A stretch of 64,000 nt of DNA from Octopus vulgaris. Taxonomy: Eukaryota. The notes under the pieces are model-generated. The model was not told the origin of the DNA, did no database searches, and worked only from the letters and a program-made list of their open reading frames with translations. Each line of letters begins with the position of its first letter. Within the stretch, counting starts at the first letter, position 1. The position numbers were made by a program, and so were the translations under genes. Shown piece after piece: positions 55,456 through 64,000 of this stretch. Location of the stretch: assembly GCA_951406725.2 (NCBI GenBank), contig OX597825.1:2232001-2296000 (forward strand), in the 5' to 3' direction.

Positions 55456-56545
55456 CGCGCGCGCGTGTGCGTGTGTGTGTGTGTGTGTATATTTGTATAC
55501 ACACAAGGCCAAATGTCAACATAGCAATGTTACTGCGAAAGGAGCGGGTGATCTGCTTTTATATTCCTTTAAGCTCACCCTAGCGCCATATTTGATATCT
55601 TGCAGTGTTCGGCAATATGGGAAATACGAATGACTGCCATCTTCATTTTGTGGATAATTACGCAGCCAAGATATTTTTTTGGGAAGCTCAAAGGAAACAG
55701 TGATTCTGTCATCTGGAGAATTATTAGAGTTTTCTGTGCAACGATTCTAGCTGTAATTCCTGTAGCTTTATCATACAGTATTCATTTTTTTGTGAGAAAT
55801 AGAAAGAAACATCCGTACATGTCACAACAAATTGGAAATATTGTGCCAAATATCCTTAGAGAATTAACCTATTATTGCACTCTCAAATAAACAATAATAC
55901 ATACAAATAAATGATCACCACCTACACAATATCTCTGGAACTATTTCCAAAGAACCAGGATGAAACTTTGTCAAATTCAGCATCTCCAATATATCTAACA
56001 AAATATGTCACATATTCAATATTATAAGAAAGCATCCAATATACAATTTCTAAAGATTTGATAAGAGAAAATCCACATGCTCAAACTTTTCTTTAGGACA
56101 GATACAAATATGTAACGCAGTAGAATACTATTACGATACTATGCAGAAATCATTAGCTGCCCTGCATAGGCGAATCATATGTGAACACCGAAATATCTAA
56201 AACAGCAAATGCCTAAGAATAGGTAAACACATACCGACAAGCATGTTGTATGTTGTCGTATTGCTTCTTATATTTATATGCATCTGGCATTGGGTTGCGA
56301 TATACTATCTTCACATGATTAGTCGATCAGCATGACTCTGTACTTGATTATATATTTTAGGTCTGGTGTTTATACAACTGTTCATGAATGCCGAACCATT
56401 AAATCACGGGAAGCTGAGAAACCGGCATTGGTTATTAAGTGGTGAATGTGACTAATAGAATGATACGGACACACACGTGGACATACACACACATGCATAT
56501 AAATATATGTGTTCACACTCACATACACGTACAGAGACTCGCGCG

Positions 56546-56595
<50 letters not shown>

Positions 56596-56599
<4 letters not shown>

Positions 56600-56776
56600 G
56601 GAAACCACTATGTGGATACCCTTATGCTAGAAATCTAGAAATAGATCCGCTAAGAAATATTCTCAAGAAAAGAAAAGCAATAAAAATATGGAACATTTCT
56701 TCAGAACATTTCTTATTGGTATAACCATAGCAGCTCTATTTCTAGCATAAGGGTGTCCACATAGTGGTTTCCCTCT
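56596..56776. repeat. Inverted repeat with 39-bp arms (56596-56634 / 56738-56776), probable PLE footprint
   Basis: One mismatch, G-U compatible. The spacer carries a partial HHR half (CTGAAGA plus stem II) on the minus strand. (TA)n lies on both sides. Confidence 0.85.
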
Positions 56777-56890
56777 AATATGTATATAATACAATTTTAC
56801 TGAACCTGCAGTTTTTTTATATGCTAGACCACTGGTGTGAAATCGATGTTAATTAAATTAATATCTAATTTCTCACCCCCATTTTAAATT

Positions 56891-56974
<84 letters not shown>

Positions 56975-56976
<2 letters not shown>

Positions 56977-57500
56977 GGGTGCGTAAGGTATTTGAGGACA
57001 TACCGATTTTGAGCCATTGCTGCATTTTTTGCTAACACTGTATAATTTGTGTTTTAGAGAATAGTAAAGGAAGACCCCCAACTTACTCAAGAATTGAAGA
57101 GACATGCCGTTATTATGGTTACAAAGGCTGGGCATAGTGATTTAGAAATAGCACGATTTTTAAAAGTCGCCAAATCTTCCGTCTACAAAATTTGTAAGGA
57201 GCTAGAGACTGAAGATGGAAACGTATCACCAATATCAAAGCATAAAAGTATTCTAATGGCTCTGAAATAATTATGACACCTGCATTTATCCAGCAAGTTC
57301 AACAGACCATTGACAACAATCCCAGAAAATCCATGAGGCCTATTGCATGTGTCAGAAGGAACAGTCAGAAATGTTGTCCACGAAGACATCAGATATAAAA
57401 CTTATATGATAAGGAAAGGTCAATTTGTCAGAAAATCACTACATCAGATTTAAAAAGCTCTTAAACAAATTGAAAAATCTAGTAGAAGATTTGATTTGTG
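56975..57500 (+). mobile_element. DD37D (maT-like) transposon 5' fragment
   Basis: RHAVIMVTKAGHSDLEIARFLKVAKSSVYKICKEL...TPAFIQQVQQTIDNNPRKSMR...HVSEGTVRNVVHEDIRYKTY. Confidence 0.75.
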
Positions 57501-57559
57501 CTGTGCTGTGTATGCCATAGCTGACACACGTGAAAATGCTTCTCTATAGCAGTGTGGGG

Positions 57560-57819
57560 GCATTCCTTGCCGTTTGAGGAGAATATTCGTGCAAAAGTTT
57601 CTTTAATCGCTCTTCAACGAACTCAGCTGCACGGACAGAAATAGGAATGTCTTTGAGGTCAAAATTCCCATTTTTGAACTTGGCATGCCAACCACGAGTA
57701 TCAGCTACATCCTACGCAGCACAAATGTCGCGAGCAGCTTTTGTGGCCTTAGAGCCTTGATTAAAAGCAAAATGCAGGAGGTGTCGAAAATTCTCGTTTT
57801 TCTTAACTTTAAATTCCAT
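57560..57819 (-). mobile_element. Mariner transposase N-terminal fragment
   Basis: MEFKVKKNENFRHLLHFAFNQGSKATKAARDICA...WHAKFKNGNFDLKD...EERLKKLLHE. Confidence 0.8.
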
Positions 57820-58149
57820 TTTAATGATCTGAAATAAATAAAAATTAACTAAAATTAACTAGAAAATAACTAAAAGAAAATCAAATAGTTTCCAAAATGA
57901 CTCAAAAATAGAATTCTCGAAAAAAATAGATTCCAAAATTTAAAAAAGCAATAAATTCCAAAATTAAAAAAAACACGACGGGAACTTAGTTGCCAAACTA
58001 ATATAATCTCTCTCTCTCTCTCTCCCTCTCTCTCTCTCTCCCTCTCTCTGTATATATATATATTTATAGTGAAAACTGTTCACAATCTTGAATTTTTAAA
58101 TTTCATTCTGTTAATTCATATATATATGTATATATATGTATATGTATGT

Positions 58150-58333
58150 AACCTCGTGTGTATCGTTGGCGATTTTTTTTCCTCCCTTCTGTGGATCTTT
58201 CCTTCTCCTATGTTTCCGACGAAGAGCTTCGCTCGAAACGTTAAACCCTCCTTCTCTCCTGAGGGTCGAATAATACTATATTTGTTCCACGTCCTCGCGT
58301 CGTTGTGTTTTTTGTGCTTTCTTGTTTGGATTA

Positions 58334-58340
<7 letters not shown>
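58150..58340 (+). mobile_element. Short PLE-pLTR-like element with a minimal hammerhead (58212-58246)
   Basis: GTTT-CCGACGA-A-GAGC-TTC-GCTC-GAAAC-GTT-AAAC. (TA)-rich tracts lie on both sides. Confidence 0.7.
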
Positions 58341-58397
<57 letters not shown>

Positions 58398-58864
58398 TAC
58401 ATATATCGAAAAGGTTGGGTACCGCAGCCGTAGCAGTTGTTCTAAATCAGTTTTGATTTTGATATCAAATCACGAATGCAAATCTTCAAGTACTCCGCTG
58501 TCTTTATTCAGAGCCCAGAGGAAAATAGGAAAAGAATAACACTTGTCAATGTTGGTATTTATTCAACTGTCATCTTAGCATACACCACATCGTAGTCTAG
58601 GTTTGTTCTCTTTGTTAGTCACACCTGGTGCTTATTCGTTTCATTTGGATATAATAAATCGCTCTTCCTCATAAAATGTATCATTCTTTACGTAAATATT
58701 ATTTATGAGAAATTGAATTATTTGGCTTCGAATCGTTTTAGAATTTGTTTTCCATTTGTCCATATGCTATTTCATTATCGTTCTACTCTGGTTCCGTGAA
58801 GTATGTCAAAATCTAGTATAAATGTATAATGATTGTGTACGCATATATGCATTTCATTATTTTA

Positions 58865-59072
58865 AGCGAGCTGGCACAAACGTTAGCACGCTGGATGAAA
58901 TGCGTAGCCGTATTTCGTCTGCTGTTACGTTATGAGTTCAAATTCCGCCGAGGTCGACTTTGCCTTTCATCCTTTCGGGGTCGATAAATTAAGTACCAGT
59001 TACGCACTGGGGTCGATATCTGTCCTTGTTTGTCCCCTCTGTGTTTAGTCCCTTGTGGGTAATAAAGAAATA
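58865..59072 (+). mobile_element. SINE family B, well preserved
   Basis: A-box-like TGGCACAAACG, B-box-like GAGTTCAAATTCC and central GCCTTTCATCCTTTCGGGGTCGATAAATTAAGTACCAG. Confidence 0.92.
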
Positions 59073-59569
59073 ATTTTAAGATTCCAAAAGAGAAAGAGCC
59101 AGTTTCTAACCTAGATCCAAGCGTCGTTCAACGTCAACAACAGGGCATGTGTGTATGTATGTATGTATGTATGTATGTATGTATGTATGTACATATTCTT
59201 CTCATGCATATACTTGCATATCTAGACATGCTCATATCCTTAAATGATCAATTCTGGAAAGCTTTGCAGAGTTTTCCAGTTCCAGTGATGGATTGGATCC
59301 GTAGTCTTCGAATCAGCTTTCTCCTTTCTGCTTTTGAGAATCCTAATTCCTCAAGATTGGTATTTAGGCAGTGTGCATGTATGTATGAATTTATGTATGT
59401 GCCTATATGTATGTCTGTCCATTTTTAGTAATTTAGAAATTGCACCACTGATCACTCAGGACACTGAACTCTGTAAAGAATTATACGCTATACACTGGCT
59501 CCTGATAGGCATACACATTGGAAGATACTGCACACGGAACTTCCCTCTATTCACGTCATTGGCTATACG

Positions 59570-60510
59570 TTTTCGGGCAGGTCGCTTCACTTCAGCCAAG
59601 GTGAAATGAGTGTTTCTTAGAAGATACCCACACCTTCTTCTATTTGTTACTTTCATTGATGGTCATCTAAAACATTGCTTTCCCAATCCGCCTTCTAAGT
59701 CTCGCATGCCTTCAATGAGGACATTTATAATCCTTAAAGTAGTTTTGGCTTTATCTGGGAGTACTTCCATAAAAGAAATACATCGCATAGCATTTTTCGT
59801 AGGTATCTACTCATTAGTCATCCCTATAATCTGTTCAACCCAGCGTAATTGATCCTTGTGTCTGGTGTCTGCAACGACCAGCCAGCATTCAAATGGTGTT
59901 TCAGGTATCTCTCTTGAAAGCATTCGATGACTCTCATAGGATATCTGTAAAGAGTCCACGTTTCATTTGATTAAAGAAGCACACGCAACATGTTATACTA
60001 CAACTTTTGTTCGCCTTGTGTTGCCATATTGGAACCAGGCAAGAGACTCAAAAGCTCTGAAGGAATCGAATGCCTACTGAAGCTATGAAGGCATTTCATC
60101 ATGCAAGTTACAATAACGTCGTTAGAGTGCGCAGCCCATTGGATACACTTGTCTACTATGTTTCAGTTCTGTTTCTTCAGGTAAGACAGATGGATTTCCA
60201 TAAGGTTTTCCAGGCATAGGCTGGGACATTACAACTGATGTCCAGCTTCCAAATACCTTTGAAGATGCTGGAATATGTTCCATGTGAATGCTCATATCTT
60301 CCGCTGAATGATTATCTAAGCCGCAATCATCCGCATAAAGGAGATCAGGATTAACACTCTGTAAAACATTGGAAATGGCAGTAAATCGATACAAGTTGAA
60401 GAGACAAGAAGCTCGGTGCCTCGCATATATCCCAGAAAGGCAATACTCAACAAAAGAAGCATGGCCAAGAGTAGCAGTTAAACACCAGGAAAATAGTGTT
60501 GGACATCATT
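59570..60510 (-). mobile_element. RTE (BovB-like) LINE reverse transcriptase / C-terminal fragment, decayed
   Basis: DLLYADDCGL...SAEDM...SKVFG...VMSQPMPGKPY, then a QLRW motif downstream. Multiple frameshifts. Confidence 0.8.
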
Positions 60511-60533
60511 CTCCTATACATTCATGCATACGT

Positions 60534-60604
<71 letters not shown>

Positions 60605-60672
60605 TCCCGGGTTGAGTCGGGGTTAACCACAGTAAATAAGGTACTCAATACGTAGCAGAGTAAATTAATTTA

Positions 60673-60794
60673 TTATATAGAAGGAGCTTCTACAGGACTA
60701 GAACTGTTTCATTCAAATGAAATCATCAGGAAGCTTCCTGATGATTTCATTTGAATGAAACAGTTCTAGTCCTGTAGAAGCTCCTTCTATATAA
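60673..60794. repeat. Perfect 122-bp palindrome carrying a hammerhead-like motif on each strand
   Basis: Zero-spacer palindrome centred on AAGCTT (60731-36). It contains CTGATGA (60738-44)...GAAAC (60757-61)...GTC (60769-71). Confidence 0.92.
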
Positions 60795-60801
60795 CAATAA
60801 T

Positions 60802-60851
<50 letters not shown>

Positions 60852-61366
60852 GTTTAAATATTTGTTGGCTAAACTGGCAATATGACCATTCCGAAATATA
60901 ACAATATATATATATATATGTAATATGCATGTATGTATATAAGTATATATCTTACATACGCGCGGACACATACAAGCACATAAATATTCAAGCCCCCACA
61001 CACGTATATTGACGTGGGAAGTATCTCAAGATGGCAGCCATTCGACGCATTTGCTTGAGGAAATGTAACCACTTCCTCCTGACCTACATTTTTGCGCACA
61101 GATTTTGAGACAAGCGAAACAACTATTTCCAACCACAGCTGTGCATTTAAAGCAGGGTATTGTTATCTGAAATGTAGAGCGTGACACAAGGTTGCTTTTA
61201 TTAAGAAGTTCCACTTTCGTATTTCATGATCTGTTATTGCTGCTTTGGTATTTTTCTTCATTCCATTTATAAACACTTCTGAGAATTTTGCAACTATATT
61301 AGTAAGTTATAACGAATTTCTTAAAGACACACTAAATATAACATTGACAATGGTAGATAATAAAAA

Positions 61367-61420
<54 letters not shown>

Positions 61421-61455
61421 AACCACCACCACCACCACTAATACTACTACTGCTG

Positions 61456-61501
<46 letters not shown>

Positions 61502-61508
61502 CACCACC

Positions 61509-61576
<68 letters not shown>

Positions 61577-61630
61577 CACTACCACCGTTACTACCACTGC
61601 TGCCGCTACTACTATTAATATTAATAACAT

Positions 61631-61670
<40 letters not shown>

Positions 61671-62087
61671 ATGGAGTTCGATAAAAAGCAGATGAAAATG
61701 ATTTTTAAAATATGAAAAATGGTGATAAATTAAGTTTTTGCGACTTTTTTCGAATATCACATCTACTTCTATCAATTTTCCCAAATGACTGCCACACACC
61801 TTTATATAAAGAATATAGTTTTTAATCAATTCATGACATATAAGGTTATGATAGGTTAATAGGAGCTGTTATATTCTCTGGGAAACTTTCGTTAAGAAAT
61901 TCAGAAATAGTTGTCTGCAACTGCCGAGGGAGGAAATGACGCTTGTGAAATTGGAATTCAACTAAATATTTAAAATGATCAAATAGAAACGAAATGAAAA
62001 CAGGATTTCTCTTTACCATTCCGTTTCGTTTCATCGAAGGTTTTCTCCATTGGAAAAGTAGTGGAAGAGAAAATAAATAAACGGTTT

Positions 62088-62387
62088 ACATACATATATA
62101 CATACATAAATACATACATACGTACACACATACATACATACGTAAATACATAAATACATACATAAATACATACATACATAAATACATACATACAGACATA
62201 CATAAATACATACACACATACATACATAAATACATACATACATACATACATACATACATACATACATAAATACATACATAAATACATAAATACATACATA
62301 CATACATACACACATACATACATACACACATACATACATACATAAATACATACATACATACATACATACATACATACATACATACAT
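62088..62387. repeat. (TACA/TAAA)n tetranucleotide array
   Basis: Direct reading. Confidence 0.95.
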
Positions 62388-62426
62388 GTATATATTGTAT
62401 ATATGTGCGTAAATCCCTGTATGTGA

Positions 62427-62483
<57 letters not shown>

Positions 62484-64000
62484 ATATATATATATCCATG
62501 TCTGTATATGTGTGAGTTTGTGTGTGTTTGGTAAAAGTCGCTAGAAATAAAGAATTTTACAGGAAACCATATCAGGAAAACATTTAGACAAATAGTATAC
62601 AATAAAAGAATGGAAAACCACGGACTAAAAAGAACATCAAAGATTGAGTTTTAAGATATTGATGAAAGCAAAAAATGGCAGATAACACTACAAATATTTA
62701 TAAAAGACAAACATACCTTTTCTTGTTTTCTCCACCCTAGACTAAGAAAGTTAATAGATATTTTAGAAGAATTCAGAAAACTGTCAGAGATATTGTATTT
62801 TTATTGATAATTTTACCTTTGTCGCATTTTTCATTACGAATCTATGTTTACAACTCTATACAGCTTTCTGATATGAATCCGCTCAAGGTTAGTCTAAGCT
62901 TTATTTTTCAACATATTTTTGACATTTATATATATCTTGTTTTTTCGATTTTTTTAAATACGATTTATCTCTTTGGATAGAGTAATGTCCATGGATGGAA
63001 ATTGAAATAACGTGCTATTCGACTACCTTCAGCTGAAACTAAATGTCGAATAAAGAGTAATTTTGAAACTACAGAGAATGTTTAGTTTTCGAATTCTGAC
63101 AAGGGGAGTTCGTTATTCTTCACTCAGTACCAAATAAACTTACCTCATCTCCATTCTTCATACTCTGGCATCTCAGACTCCTCCAAACTAAATATTATGT
63201 TCTTCTGACAATGGCCTGCCACCGTCGTAATATATTTTCTGTCATGTTGCACTGGTAGCTATTGGATAGCATCTACTGGAGAGGAAGATTAACCGCATCG
63301 ATCATCTCACATTTTATACTTTACATCAAACAATTAAAAGCATTAGTTCAATGCACTCGTTATTTCGTCTCCACTGACATGACAACGCACGTGGTTTTAA
63401 TAGTTCTAAGGTTACCGAACAGTAGGAAGGGTATCCCAACTTTAAAAGCAAATTGTCCTTCAGATTTAAATGAATACAGAATCGGATAATTATGACTTCT
63501 ACAAGTAGAATTGTGAAGCAAATTGTGTTTTGTTTCAGGACGATTAGCGATCAATTCCTATTTCTCATTTGAAGCATCTTAGGTAAGGATGAGAAAGTAA
63601 GACATTCACTTCGCAAGAAGGTGCATGCGGTAAGAAAGTGCATGCGGCATTGTGACCAAACTTTGGGGGGAAACTACTTGCATATACACTGGAGGGATCG
63701 TTGGGGCGGATGTGTAGTAAAATTCAATCTGTTATGAGATTTAGTAACACCACGTGGCTTTGAAATATATTTAATCTAATTAGTTGTATTGCAAGTACCT
63801 GCAGAAGAAAGGGTTTGGCCCACAAGGACATTTATGCTGATATATTTCCTCTTAGGAATTTAAAGAATGCCATTGTGCTTCAAATAGACAATGACATAAA
63901 TTAACAATTTCAGCAAAATTGCTGAAGAGATGAATTGTAATAATATAATGCATGAATACTGAAGATTACACACGTGTTGTCATTTGTTTTATATTATCAT

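Noticed and set aside
58865-58950. tRNA-like A/B boxes
   Set aside because: These are SINE heads and do not form a cloverleaf. I saw no genuine tRNA or rRNA gene in the window.

Overview
This is AT-rich, microsatellite-saturated eukaryotic DNA with no intact host gene that I can recognise. The SINE families, the RTE LINE with a C2H2 tail and the (TA)n/(TACA)n/(TAA)n load point to an octopus (coleoid cephalopod) intron or intergenic region; this is inference from repeat content. Almost all ORFs in the supplied track are microsatellite artefacts. The real content is: many copies of two tRNA-derived SINE families; RTE and R4/Dong non-LTR fragments, the Dong ones sitting in (TAA)n; Tc1/mariner relics; a Helitron-like end; and a dense set of Penelope-like element (PLE) insertions. 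The best PLE is a young, 5'-truncated copy with an open 233-codon linker + GIY-YIG frame (39378-40079) bracketed by an apparently perfect 188-bp inverted pLTR pair. About ten minimal type-I hammerhead-ribozyme (HHR) motifs are visible, several with non-canonical cores (UUGAAAA, CUGUUGA, CUGUGGA, CCGACGA). The PLE-derived pieces repeatedly sit in (TA)n tracts and leave long fold-backs, including a perfect 122-bp palindrome at 60673-60794. A few candidate host regulatory or exonic signals are weaker: CRE+TATA, a DR1 pair, an X-box and a locally duplicated splice donor. Repeat boundaries are approximate unless stated.
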